Positions 28,248 through 43,294 are shown, counted from the first letter of the stretch. The stretch: DNA of 64,000 bases from Eledone cirrhosa (GCA_964016885.1 OZ024743.1:172050001-172114000); one strand, 5' to 3'. Translations and numbers: made by a program. The notes: generated by a model from the letters alone, not told the origin.

Positions 28248-29975
28248 CACCGTCTAACAAAAAAAAAAAAAATGTTTTCTCTATTCCTGGCTTGTATTCA
28301 CTTTTTTGTGTTGCTTAGGTCCTAAATAAATTTAAAAAAAAGTGCTATTAAACAGTTAAAAGTTTGGGTTTGTACAAATTCTAAGCTATTCACTAGAATT
28401 ATTTGTATGCTGGATTTTACGTTGTATGTAAGTTTAATTTGCTTATGTTAAATGATTTTTTTATATATGTTTCAGGTTAAATTAAAATTATAAAATAAAG
28501 AAAATTATAAAAGTGCAATAAAGTATAAAATTGTTAAAAAGTGGATTAAAGAGATTTATTGATACTGGATTTTCGCACCCTGAATAAAGGGTAAGTTTGT
28601 TTTAAGCATTCGTCTCCAAGATGAAGCAGTGGAACTTGGACAATGAGGAGTGCAGGTGACAAGTCAGAGAAGTCGACACGAACCTTTTTTCAGGCTTTTA
28701 CACTCTTAGGGATGGCCTCTGCTTCTGCCATGACGTGCCTGGACTGTTTGACGTTATTGGGGTGCCGTTTGTGCCCAAGGAGTAGCGGCTATTTATAGAC
28801 AGCTCCACCACAAGTTTGAAGGCTGTCCACTACAATGGAAACAAGTTCCCGACACTGCCCCTAGCTCATTCAGTCTGCCTGAAGGAAGATTACTACAGTG
28901 TGAAAGTCCTCTTGGAAGCTCTGCAATACAACCAGTACACTTGGGAAATCATTGGAGACTTCAAGATGGTGGCTCTCCTGCTTGGACTCCAAGGAGGCTT
29001 TATCAAATTCCAATGCTTCCTCTGCCTTTGGGACAGCAGAGCCACCTCTGACCACTACAAAAGAAAGAACTGGGAACAGCGAACAGAATTTGTAGTTGGG
29101 ACCCGGAACGTCATGTGGGAGCCACTGGTTGATCCCAGGATTGTGCTCATGCCGCCACTTCACATTAAGTTGGGGTTGATGAAGCAGTTTGTGAAGGCTC
29201 TCAACCAAGAATCAGCCGCTTTTAAGTACCTTCTTGAGTTCTTCCCCAAGTTATTTGAGGCCAAAATCAAAGGTGGAATTTTTGTTGTACCTCAGATAAA
29301 GAAGGTGTTTGGGTCTACTGAGTTCTCCAATAAGCTCAATAGGATTGGGAGAACAGCATGGAACTGTATCAAGGCAGTTGTTAAGAGCTTCCTGGGCAAC
29401 TACAGAGCTGAAAACTACCAGAAACTGGTGCAGGATCTGATAAAGGCTTTTGGCGCCATGGGATGCAGGATGTCGCTTAAACTCCATATGCTGGATGCTC
29501 ACCTGGAAAAATTCAAGGACAATATGGGCGCCTACTCAGAAGAACAAAGCGAACGATTCCACCAAGATGTGAAAGAGATAGTGGGGAGGTACCAGGGCCA
29601 CTACAATGAAAAAATGATGGGGTACTATATCTGGGGGCTAGTGCGGGAATGCGACCAGGACTACAACCGCAAATCCAGGAAATCCAGTCATTTCTGACGT
29701 GTATGAGTTGCTTTATATGTGTTATTTGTTTTTACTTGTTTGCTTTTGATAAGCTTGTGTAATAAAATAAATATATACTCTGTTGATTTAATTATATGAA
29801 CTGATAAATTTTAAAGAAATGTGTTTTTTCTTGAAAAATATGAAAATTTCGAAATATCAAACTGACCACAAACCCAAACTTCTAATTAAATAATAGTGTC
29901 TTTGTATAATAATGGGATATAACAAACCAGGAAATGATACTTAGAACCGGGGAACAAAAGATATGTTACACGGTG
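28248..29975 (+). mobile_element. Chapaev3-like DNA transposon, internally deleted
   Basis: Termini CACCGTCTAACA / TGTTACACGGTG, TTA TSD at 28245-28247 and 29976-29978, subterminal inverted motifs, transposase ORF. Confidence 0.8.
28620..29697 (+). pseudogene. Transposase catalytic region (Chapaev3-type), N-terminus missing
   Basis: LFIDSS, GDFKM..LLGLQGG..K..CFLCLWDSR, PPLHIKLGLMKQFVKAL, MSLKLH.L..H, SEEQSERFHQD. In-frame stop upstream of 28816. Confidence 0.8.
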
Positions 29976-30353
29976 TTATTGAAGATAATGGCTCGCTTTT
30001 AATCTCGTTAAAGATTATTTGAAAAAACTTGTAGGGAAATATATAGTTCTTCTAGTGAGGTAACCTATATTAGGCGGAGATTTCCAAAAATTATTTTGCA
30101 TTGTATTACAAATTCTTGCTTCCTATAGTTGTTGACGTCATCATTGATATATATGACTTAAAAATATGGGAAAATAAACTCTGATGATACCGAGCATAAA
30201 CCAATTCCTGCTGGTCTTAGTATAAATAAACTTTTAAAAAATAATTTTTTTTTTTTTTAAATTTGAAAGTCTGTAACTATACGACCTGGGGATGAAGTTC
30301 TATCGCATGAAACATGTGTTAGTTTAAAAACTTTGGTGTTTTATTTTTATAAA

Positions 30354-31310
30354 TGTCCAAGTTTAATATTCTAAATGTCTAAGTTTAATATTCTGATCGC
30401 AGATTTGCTAAGAGTGATGAAGAATGTGTCCCGCATGTCCGATCCAACTGAAATGGAAAGACACGTGCAGCACTTCATCAATCACATGCAGTTCTCTGGC
30501 TACAACCAAAGAGACAGAATCAGAGTATACAAAGGAGCCACGGAGGAATATAAGACCCTCATAGAAATGGACATGAAAGGATTTTCACATTATACAGGAA
30601 CAAATCGGGGAATAGCTTAGATAGGATTAAACGTGAAATAGGGAAAGCCACTTCATGATACGGCAACCAGTGTTACGTTCGTGGATGCAACCTCTGGAGG
30701 GAAATTAGCTAAGCAATGTAGAAAGGCCCTAAAGATTAAAGTTGTAGAATGGTCAGGAACTACAATAAAATCCCTGATCAGCAAAACATACGCCTTTAAG
30801 AAAACCCACTGTACGAATAAGAAATGTGTTATATGTCGAATGAACCTTCAAATAAATTGTAAAACTATAAAATGTACAGCGAGTACTTGCAGAAACATAA
30901 CGTCATACATAGGTGAGGCAGTTCGAAGCATAGGAGAGAGAATAGACCAACACTGGGGGAAACTAAAAGGAGAAAAAGGCGGTTCAGTACTATATGAACA
31001 CGCCGATGGTAATATAGACAACATAGAAATTGAAATAATATCTAAACATAGAAATGACTCAACAAGTAGACAAATCAGAGAAGCAACTGAAATACAACTT
31101 AGAAAACCTAAGTTGAACAGAAAACGAATGGAATAACAACAACAACCATACCCAAACACACAATACTGACCTAAGGTAGATATAAATGAATAAATAAAAT
31201 TAAAAAAATGGCGTAGACATTACAATACAATAGGAGGAAACATAATAGTACATTTAGTACCTTTGATGATGTCACATATGTGTGACGAAAGAACTTTGAT
31301 AGACTAAATT
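30354..31310 (+). mobile_element. Degenerate PLE 3' fragment (thumb + GIY-YIG + pLTR), same family group as 38.8-43.5 kb
   Basis: KFNILIADL.RVMKNVSR, CTNKKCVIC, YIGEAVRSIGERIDQH, RQIREA. HHR-like TTGATGA-TGTCAC..GTGAC-GAAAG at about 31262-31291. Confidence 0.85.
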
Positions 31311-31741
31311 CAGTTAAGGGTGAAAGCAGCGATTCGTTGCTTAAACTTTAATCTGTTATTTTGATATCTATATCAGGGGTGAAGGGTCCGTGCATGCAAA
31401 GCATGCGGTGCATGCGTTATAAAATCTTAAGTTGATCAATTGCGTCGCTTGACGCAAGCAGAATGTTGGCTGCTTACTAAAACGTATAGACACAAAAAAA
31501 GATAACACACATACACACATACACACAAACACACGACAGCTTTGGGGTAAGCAAAATATTGACTGCTTACTAAATCGTAGACACATGAGAAGATAACACA
31601 TATACACACACACATTAGATAACACTACATGCGGCTTTGACCGGGAGGGTCATTTAGAGGGAAGGGGGTGGCTGCACAGCCCCACTTGCCACCACTTTCC
31701 GATTGGACTGCATGCCCTGCTTTCCTGGTTACCTTTCGCCA

Positions 31742-32476
<735 letters not shown>

Positions 32477-32634
32477 TGTATTTGTATACCTATGGAGAGT
32501 GTTTTCGCGTATGCTTGTGTATGTACGTATTTGGATGCGTGTATGTATTTATTTAATTTCAATTACCTCTGTATTTTATTTACTTTATTCTTAACTCTGA
32601 AGCGGAGAATCATTCGGTTTCCTAGTTAGAATTT

Positions 32635-32902
32635 TAGTCTACGACTTCAGTTATACCATTTACGTGGTTTTGTCTTTGCGTACAATGTTCTCCACGCTCC
32701 ACATATGACGTATTATCTTCGTTTTTTCCGTTAATTGCCAGAGGACGTCTCTATGAACCACCTAAGAGAATATTAGTCTACGACTTTTTTATACCATAAA
32801 CGTGGTTCTGTTTTTGCGTGTAATTGTTTTTCACCGCTCCAAATAATGACATATTATATTCGTTTTTTCCCGTTCTTTGCCAGCGAACGTTACCACGAAC
32901 CA
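32635..32902. repeat. Diverged tandem duplication of about 135 bp
   Basis: tagtctacgactt...gaacca at 32635-32760 and 32774-32902. Confidence 0.8.
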
Positions 32903-33147
32903 AAGTATCGTATTCCTGTCTTCCTGCGGTTGCAACGTTTTTTGAAATATTCACTTCTGCGTTTACAGATTGACTTTGTTAGTTTCAGAAGATCCCGTTA
33001 AGGGTGAAAGCAGCGAATCTTTGCTTAAACTTTATCTGTTATTTTAATAAACATATATATATATATGTGTGTGTATTTTTAACCGCTGATCAATCAATGA
33101 CAAACATTGATTATATATTATATACATATATATATATATATATATAT

Positions 33148-33592
<445 letters not shown>

Positions 33593-33647
33593 ACGTGGGA
33601 AAGTGAAAAATCGGAGAATAGACCGTTAAAACATGTTTATTGAAAAT

Positions 33648-33690
33648 ATCACCTACGTACGTTTCGCCCGGTTGGGCTTCTCAAGAGCAT
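33648..33690 (-). ncRNA. Minimal hammerhead with U3-A8 core (UUGAGAA)
   Basis: UUGAGAA-GCCC aacc GGGC-GAAAC-GUAC-GUA. The mirror copy at 37725-37766 lacks one A of GAAA. Confidence 0.65.
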
Positions 33691-33939
33691 AAACAGTCAC
33701 AAGTGTTCCTTATATAGTTTGGAAAGAGATTTGGGGGTTAAATCGACATCAAGATTCATTGTTCGCAAAAATATCTTGTTTTGATTTTGCAGCAGGTCAA
33801 TGGAGGTAACTTTGGCCGGTGTTAGGGCAGTCTTTCCCGGATAATTTTTGGTATGCAGGGATCGTTTTCTGGGTGTTGTTTTGCTGCGCCTGCCCGCCGG
33901 GGTGTTAAGACTTGTTGCAGGGAGATCCAGTGTGTTATT

Positions 33940-35973
33940 TCACTCTCCATTCTTAACCCATCTAAAGAAGGATATTTTTAAGCGATGTGTACAACTTATC
34001 GCTGTTTCAGCTCTGCTGTTGATGAGCTCGTGGGGTGCAGTTATGATGTGGTAGAGCTCCATGAGGCAAAGATCGCATTTCCTCTTGAAGTTGTACGGTG
34101 CAGCCCTGTCGACAATCTCCCAGTGCGTGGAGAAGCTAATGTTTAAGTCCTTTAGTGAAGTGATGTAGTCCGCGTGCGAGGTGGAGTGCCTTAGTTTTCT
34201 ATTTGTGAAAGAGTGGAGATGTGTTCGAAACCTAATTTTGAACGGGCCGGAGGTGGCCCCTATATAATGTTTAACGCTATTGTGGCTAGTAATAGTGCAT
34301 CTATATATAACCCTATCAGTCAAGCAGTATCCTCTAAGGGGGCACCGTCCTCTGTCGCGGCAGTTGCAATTTCTGTCGCTGTTCCGTCTATTTCCCACGA
34401 TAAGGCTATCATTGTTGCTGCCTACGTTGTTAGCTGTGCTACCGCAGCTGTCGTTAGCACAATTACAACCCACAGCACGCGGGATGGTGCGATTGTTATT
34501 CCGCACGCCATGTTTTGCATGCTCCCCAGTCACTTCGCGGTCATTCTGGTTGCGTCTGCGGATGCCGTTGCCAACACTATTGGATGCTGTCAGGGAGTTG
34601 TTAAGGCCGATACAGTTATTGTCAGGTGTAGGTGCGTCTGCGTCGAGGTGCTGTGTCTTGGTGATCTTACTGTGGTTCGTTGTTCCTATGATGTCTGCTA
34701 GGTTAGGAGTAGTAGAGAAGGATATTTTTATATTGTTCCTATTAAGAATTTTTCTATACCTATGGTTGGGTGGGAAGTTCTTCTCTACGGCTTCGAAGAA
34801 TATCCGGGGTATGTTGGAGGCCACACTTCGAGAGTAGGGGGGTGGAACCATAGGACGTTACGGTGGCGATTACGTGTCCTTGTACTTTTGCTACGGGTGG
34901 TTCCATCTAAGTGATCGCTCTTATGTGTGTTAATGCGCTGTCGCCCGTTCGGTGCCCCTTTCACTTTATGCTCGGGTGCACTCTTTCTACCACTTCCATG
35001 TTTATGTACACGAAGATGTTGGTTGGAAGGCGTTGGTAGTAGGCCGTCGCCTTTGTTGGTTTTGTAATAGGGGAATAGTTTGAGTAATCTACAGTATTCA
35101 CCGTCGCCGGGGACGTGATCTTTGGTGCGGTTATCTATTCTATTATATCCGACTTTACCGAGGTCGCCGCGTGATCGGTTATAGGTATGGCTTACTATAA
35201 CGTTAGTTTTATGAGGGGGGTGGTTTCTAGAGCTAGCGTTAGGGATGTAGGAAATTCTTCGGTTAAAGCCGGCGCTTATCAGGGCCCTATTGTAGTAATC
35301 AGCCGCTTGGTTGAAGATATCCTCATTGGCGGATAGTCTCGAGATTCTATGTGAGATACTATAGACTATGGAGTTGAGAGTCTGCTTAGGGTGGTTGGAG
35401 GCATAATTAATATAAGAGAGGCACTCTCCAGGCTTATGGTATGGCTTGTATAAGCCCGTACTCAACTCCAGGGTCACGTCCAGGAAGTTGACAACCCTGT
35501 GGTTGAGGTCCATAGTTACGGATAGGCCGTATGACTTAAAGAACCTGTGTATATGTTTGTTAAGGTTCTCTATCCTACGGGGGCTATGGTTCCTAACGGT
35601 AAACAAGGCGTCGTCCCTATATACACCTCCTTGTAGGGCCGGTATTTCTTCCCTAAGCTTATGTAGGAGGTATATCCCAACCAGGTCGGTTGCTTGCTCT
35701 GAGTCGCTGGACCCCATCGTGACATCGAAGTTATCAGGACGGTTGGTTCTGGTCCAGTGGGAGCCTTCGAACTGGATAATGGTTCTACGTGCCGCTAGAA
35801 TTATGTCTATTTCTTTTTTGGTGAGGCTAGTGTTAGATCTAGCTAAGATAAGTGCCTTATTTAAGAGTATGGGGGAGATAGAGGCGTAGTAGCTATCTAT
35901 ATCAAACTGGATGAATTTCAGGGTGGCTTTATCCGTCAACTCGGTGAACCAATTTATGACCTGGTCGGTGTTG
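33940..35973 (-). pseudogene. PLE RT + GIY-YIG (5'-truncated; frameshift in the poly-C at WFHPP)
   Basis: QFDIDSYYASI, MGSSDS, YRDD, NFLDV, SNHP | CNC..RGRCPL.GYC, VIYRC, HYIGAT, CDLC..E. Confidence 0.9.
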
Positions 35974-37475
35974 TACCATAAGCCTGGAGAGTGCCTCTCT
36001 TATATTAATTATGCCTCCAACCACCCTAAGCAGACTCTCAACTCCATAGTCTATAGTATCTCACATAGAATCTCGAGACTATCCGCCAATGAGGATATCT
36101 TCAACCAAGCGGCTGATTACTACAATAGGGCCCTGATAAGCGCCGGCTTTAACCGAAGAATTTCCTACATCCCTAACGCTAGCTCTAGAAACCACCCCCC
36201 TCATAAAACTAACGTTATAGTAAGCCATACCTATAACCGATCACGCGGCGACCTCGGTAAAGTCGGATATAATAGAATAGATAACCGCACCAAAGATCAC
36301 GTCCCCGGCGACGGTGAATACTGTAGATTACTCAAACTATTCCCCTATTACAAAACCAACAAAGGCGACGGCCTACTACCAACGCCTTCCAACCAACATC
36401 TTCGTGTACATAAACATGGAAGTGGTAGAAAGAGTGCACCCGAGCATAAAGTGAAAGGGGCACCGAACGGGCGACAGCGCATTAACACACATAAGAGCGA
36501 TCACTTAGATGGAACCACCCGTAGCAAAAGTACAAGGACACGTAATCGCCACCGTAACGTCCTATGGTTCCACCCCCCTACTCTCGAAGTGTGGCCTCCA
36601 ACATACCCCGGATATTCTTCGAAGCCGTAGAGAAGAACTTCCCACCCAACCATAGGTATAGAAAAATTCTTAATAGGAACAATATAAAAATATCCTTCTC
36701 TACTACTCCTAACCTAGCAGACATCATAGGAACAACGAACCACAGTAAGATCACCAAGACACAGCACCTCGACGCAGACGCACCTACACCTGACAATAAC
36801 TGTATCGGCCTTAACAACTCCCTGACAGCATCCAATAGTGTTGGCAACGGCATCCGCAGACGCAACCAGAATGACCGCGAAGTGACTGGGGAGCATGCAA
36901 AACATGGCGTGCGGAATAACAATCGCACCATCCCGCGTGCTGTGGGTTGTAATTGTGCTAACGACAGCTGCGGTAGCACAGCTAACAACGTAGGCAGCAA
37001 CAATGATAGCCTTATCGTGGGAAATAGACGGAACAGCGACAGAAATTGCAACTGCCGCGACAGAGGACGGTGCCCCCTTAGAGGATACTGCTTGACTGAT
37101 AGGGTTATATATAGATGCACTATTACTAGCCACAATAGCGTTAAACATTATATAGGGGCCACCTCCGGCCCGTTCAAAATTAGGTTTCGAACACATCTCC
37201 ACTCTTTCACAAATAGAAAACTAAGGCACTCCACCTCGCTCGCGGACTACATCACTTCACTAAAGGACTTAAACATTAGCTTCTCCACGCACTGGGAGAT
37301 TGTCGACAGGGCTGCACCGTACAACTTCAAGAGGAAATGCGATCTTTGCCTCATGGAGCTCTACCACATCATAACTGCACCACACGAGCTCATCAACAGC
37401 AGAGCTGAAACAGCGATAAGTTGTACACATCGCTTAAAAATATCCTTCTTTAGATGGGTTAAGAATGGAGAGTGA
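35974..37475 (+). pseudogene. Inverted duplicate: RT thumb/linker + GIY-YIG
   Basis: ORFs 35911-36630 and 36564-37475 match the minus-strand copy except for rare substitutions. Confidence 0.9.
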
Positions 37476-37988
37476 AATAACACACTGGATCTCCCTGCAA
37501 CAAGTCTTAACACCCCGGCGGGCAGGCGCAGCAAAACAACACCCAGAAAACGATCCCTGCATACCAAAAATTATCCGGGAAAGACTGCCCTAACACCGGC
37601 CAAAGTTACCTCCATTGACCTGCTGCAAAATCAAAACAAGATATTTTTGCGAACAATGAATCTTGATGTCGATTTAACCCCCAAATCTCTTTCCAAACTA
37701 TATAAGGAACACTTGTGACTGTTTATGCCCTTGAGAAGCCCAACTGGGCGAACGTACGTAGGTGATATTTTCAATAAACATGTTTTAACGGTCTATTCTC
37801 CGATTTTTCACTTTCCCACGTGCTTACGCTCTGCTAACTCTCTAGCTCACTAAATATTAACACTTCGAATATTTAATACTGCCGGCACTAGTATCGAGCA
37901 CCTTTGGCATACGCTACTTGGCAAATAACTATATGTATCACCTATCCCTCCTTTTTTCTCTCTTTCTCGATACGTAAATACTATATAT

Positions 37989-38791
<803 letters not shown>

Positions 38792-41699
38792 TATATATAT
38801 AAATATATATATATATAGTTATACTTGGGGAGGGTCATATTTGTGTAATATTGCTACTGTTTGGTTTGTTTTCGCTTTTCGCTTCTGTGTCTTTTATATC
38901 GGTAATCTAATTTATTCGGTCCTCAATGTTGCCATTGACTGACCAACGGTCAAAAATAATACAGATACAATATAGACACAAACACATATATATAGTTTAT
39001 CAAAGTTCTTTCGTTGCACATCTGCAACATCGTCAGTGGTGCTATAGATTCCTCCCGTTGCATTGTATTTCTACGCCATCTTTATTTAGTCTGTTTATAT
39101 ATTTATTTATTTATTTGTTTGTTTGTTTATTTTATTTTGTCTTCTTTGCGCATGCATTTGCGTGTGTGTATAGTGTTTTGTTTGATGTGTGTTCGTGATT
39201 GGGTGACTGTGTATTGGTTAATGTATTCTATCTTTACTAGTGTGTGTTTATATGTGTTTGTTGTTATTGTGCTTGTGTATGTGTTTATTTATTTATTTAT
39301 TTATCTATTTATTTATTTATTTATACTTCTCTTAGGTCAGTGTTGTTTGTTTGGGTGTTGTTGTTATTCCAGTCATTCTTTCTGTTTAGTCTTGGCCTTG
39401 TAAGTTCTATTTCACTGGCCTCTCTGATTTGCCTATCTGCTGGGTCATTTATATGTTTAGATATTATTCTAATTTCTATGTTGTCTATGTTACCGTCGTG
39501 TTGTTGTCTGGCATGTTCGTATAGTACTGAACCGTTTTTTCGTCCTTTTAGTTCACCCCAGTGTTGGTCTATCCTTTCACCTATGCTACGAACTGTCTTG
39601 CCTATGTATGTTGTTGTCATGTTTCTGCAAGTACCCTCTGTACATCTTATGCTATAGACTACGTTTCTAGTTTTACAGTTTATCCGGGGGTTTACCTTAC
39701 TACATATGATACATTTCCTATTAGTACAGTGGGTTTTCTTAAAAGGATAGGTTTTGCTGATCAGGGATTTTATGGTGGTTCCTGGCTTTTCACCCACATT
39801 AATCTTTAAGTGGGTCTTTCTCAGGGCCTTTCTACACTGGTTAGCTAATTTCCCTCCAGGGGTAGCATCCACAAACATGACACTCTGGTATCTCTGGTTG
39901 TCGTACCATGAGGTGGCTTTCCCTATCTTATGTCTAGCCCTATCTAAGCTATTCCATGATTTGCTCCTGTATAATGGGCAAATTCCTTTCATGTCCAGTT
40001 CTATGAGGGTCTTATACTTCTCCATGGCTCCTTCGTATACTCTGACTCTGTCTCTTTTGTTGTAGCCAGAGAACTGCATGCGGTTGATGAAGTGTTGGAT
40101 GTGTCTTTCCATTTCTCTTGGGTCGCACATGCGGGACACATTCTTCATCACTCGTACCAAATGTGCGATCAGAATATTAAACTTAGCACTACTGGACATT
40201 GCTGAGTTTTTGAGTATCAGGTATTTGGAGGCCATGGGTTTAGCATAGTGTGAGTGGAGAATTTCGGCTCTCTCGTCTATAGTGTTAATCCAGTGTTACG
40301 TGTCTAATACAGGTAGCTATTGTTAGGGTGTTTGGAAGGGTAGTCGCTAGTTACAGTTATACTCTGGTGTATGGAATTAGCTATCTGCTGGATGCTTTCC
40401 ATTGTGCTACGTTCTAAATCAAACTTGTTAGTGCTCTCTAGTGGGGATGTTCTTATAACTATATTGATATCGTCTACGTAACGGGAGTACATGATGAGGT
40501 CTATGGAGCTCTCATTAAGGAGATCTTTAAGTCTCCTTTCTCACCATACCACATAAAGTTTGGCAACATCACCAGCTATGCTGACGCCAATGGCTGCTCC
40601 CTCATTTAGGGTGTAGATCTTCTCATTGAACTTGAATATGTGGCCCTTTAGGGTAGTTTTGATACTAGCCCCTATTGCATGTGCGACCATTTTTATTACC
40701 TGATCATTGTTTTGGGGGGTCCGTATAGCTTTGGTCCACCCAATCCACCTTCCCATGGGAGTATGTTTTGCCATGGAGGTTATGGTGGGGAGTCTACCTC
40801 TTATGGGTCTACTAGGGTAGAAACGTCTAAGGTCATGGCTGTCTAGGTAGTTAGTGTCGTAGGTATGTCTAAGTAGGAGGCCCAGTTCGTCTGTGTCGAC
40901 GTCGCAGAACTCCACTTCACTCTCAATGATCATTTCCACACATTTTTCCACAGCAAAATCAATGTTAGTGGATGGGTACAGTGATACCACATCCATGCTG
41001 CCTATTATGCAGTTGGATAGATTCCTGTTTTTGTTGCACTCACTGATTCTGTAAGGAGGTCCTCTGTACTGTCACATACATCTTGGGACATCTTGATTAT
41101 GGGGCGTATAACCATTGAGAGGAAGTAGGAGATCCTGTAGTTGCTAGCTATATTAGCTCCGCATACGGGTCTTGTTGGTGGTCCTGTTGTCGGGTCGTCG
41201 ACTGTCTTGTGGTCTTTGCGGAGCCCATACAAGGGTGGTATGCCATTGTTAGACGCCTGGATGTTGTTGGCAGTGCGTCTGCTTGGCTTTAGGATGTCAG
41301 TCCACATCATCATGTGAGTGTTGAGGATTTTCTCTCTCCCATCATGTGTTTGCTGTGCAATTTCGCTCGTGTTGGTTACATATTGACCCTACCCGACTTA
41401 TCCGTGGGTAGACATACTACCTCACCATCCCTTGTGCGCTGCTTGAGGCTAACCAAGCCTTCTACAGGTTTCCTCCCAAGTTGTTGGGCCTCTGGTTTGC
41501 TCTGTCTCTTAGTATACCGGTCTACTATTTGTCTAATCTTATTTCTAGCTATGGTGAACTGTGCCTCTGTCTCGTCATCTATTTGTTGTGGTATGCAAAC
41601 TCTTTTATTAAAGGGTAACCTCGTAGGATAGATATTACCCATCTTATATGTTTTGTCAGCTGGGTTGAAAAATAGTTTCTCTAAGGGTTGTCATTATAT

Positions 41700-42170
41700 C
41701 TATCGTCATAGTTGTGTTGCTATTATTGCTCTTATGGTGGTTGTTGTTGTTCCTATCATTAGCATTATTATTATTGTTATGATTGCTAGATGTATTGTTG
41801 CTGCTGTGATTGTTGTTGTTACTGTTATTTCTACCTTTGTGGTTGTTACTTTTATTATGTTTCTTGTTTTTGTTGTGTCTATCATTAATGTTGCTACATG
41901 TATTATTTCCATTATTACCACTGTGGTTGTTGTTGTTGTTGTTCGTATTGTTACCGTTATTACTACTGTGGTCGCTGCTGCTGTGTCTGTGGTTAATGTT
42001 TCTATTATTATTATTATTGTGGTTGTTGTTGTTGTTCTGTCTATCGTTAGTATTATTACCATTATTACTATTTCTCACTCTCCTGCTAGTGTTATTGTTA
42101 TGGATGTTATTTCTATACTCAGAGTTATTGTTTATATTACTACTACCGTTATTATTGTTGTTGTTGTTTA
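41700..42170 (-). repeat. (AAC/AAT)n Asn-rich low-complexity insert inside the PLE ORF
   Basis: RNSNNGNNTNDRQNNNNNHNNNN reading on the element strand. Confidence 0.75.
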
Positions 42171-43245
42171 CTTTTGCATTCCAACGTATTTTTGTGAAAC
42201 ACTTTTCCAGCTCCGTTTTGCACTCAATAGGGTTAATCTTTTTGTAGATGGCAAATTTTGGTGGTAGCTGCAGGATTTGTTGTTCTTGTTCACTGATTAA
42301 AGTGTTCCCATAAATCTTTACTGTGTGGTCATTGGTAAATTCTTCCGGATATTGTTGATGTTATCTGGGTATTTTTGAGAATATTCTATTTTCCTTTCTT
42401 GTAGTTTTTTTCTTATTCATCCATTCTAATTTCTTATTGAAATGCCTATTGCATTCGTTTCGGGCGTATTTCGTTTCACGTCGGATGACGTTCATGAGGT
42501 CATCCCTTTCGTTTGGTGTGGTGAGATTTTGGTCTTCCTTACCGTTAATGCGTTTCTGTCTGTAAAGTTCGTTGACTTTTGTGTATGTTGTTCTTTTCAT
42601 ATTAACTGTAAAACTAGAAACGTAGACTATAGCATAAGATGTACAGAGGGTACTTGCAGAAACATGACAACAACATACATAGGCGAGACAGCTCGTAGCA
42701 TAGGTGAAAGGATAGACCAACACTGGGGTGAACTAAAATGACGAAAAAACGGTTCAGTACTATACGAACATGCCAGACAACAACACGACGGTAACATAGA
42801 CAACATAGAAATTAGAATAATATCTAAACATATAAATGACCCAGCAGATAGGCAAATCAGAGAGGCCAGTGAAATAGAACTTAGAAGGCCAAGACTAAAC
42901 AGAAAGAATGAATGGAATAACAACAGCACCCAGACAAACAACACTGACCTAAGAGAAGTATAAATAAATAAATAAATAAATAAATAGATAAATAAATAAA
43001 TAAATAAACACACACACAAGCACAATAACAACAAACACATATAAACACACACTAGTAAAGATAGAATACATTAACCAATACACAGACACCCAATCACGAA
43101 CACACATCAAACAAAACACTATACACACACGCAAACGCATGCGCAAAGAAGACAAAATAAAATAAACAAACAAACAAATAAATAAATAAATATATACACA
43201 GACTAAATAAAGATGGCGTAGAAATACAATGCCAAGGGGAGAATC

Positions 43246-43294
43246 TATAGCACCACTGACGATGTTGCAGATGTGCAACGAAAGAACTTTGATA
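43246..43294 (+). ncRNA. Hammerhead-like motif in pLTR
   Basis: CUGACGA-U-GUUGCA gaug UGCAAC-GAAAG-AA-CUU. Mirror copy at 38998-39046; stem I is weak. Confidence 0.55.

Larger units (their letters stand above)
33593..37981. mobile_element. Young Penelope-like element (Hydra-clade-like) inserted as a fold-back with 1.85-kb arms, flanked by (TA)n
   Basis: 33593-35441 is the near-perfect reverse complement of 35974-37821. The spacer 35442-35973 holds the RT core. Confidence 0.93.

Noticed and set aside
30175-30327. Possible long HHR (TAAACT-CTGATGA ... GAAAC-ATGT-GTT-AGTTTA)
   Set aside because: Stems I and III fit, but the 120-nt interval has no closing stem II, so it cannot be supported without a consensus.
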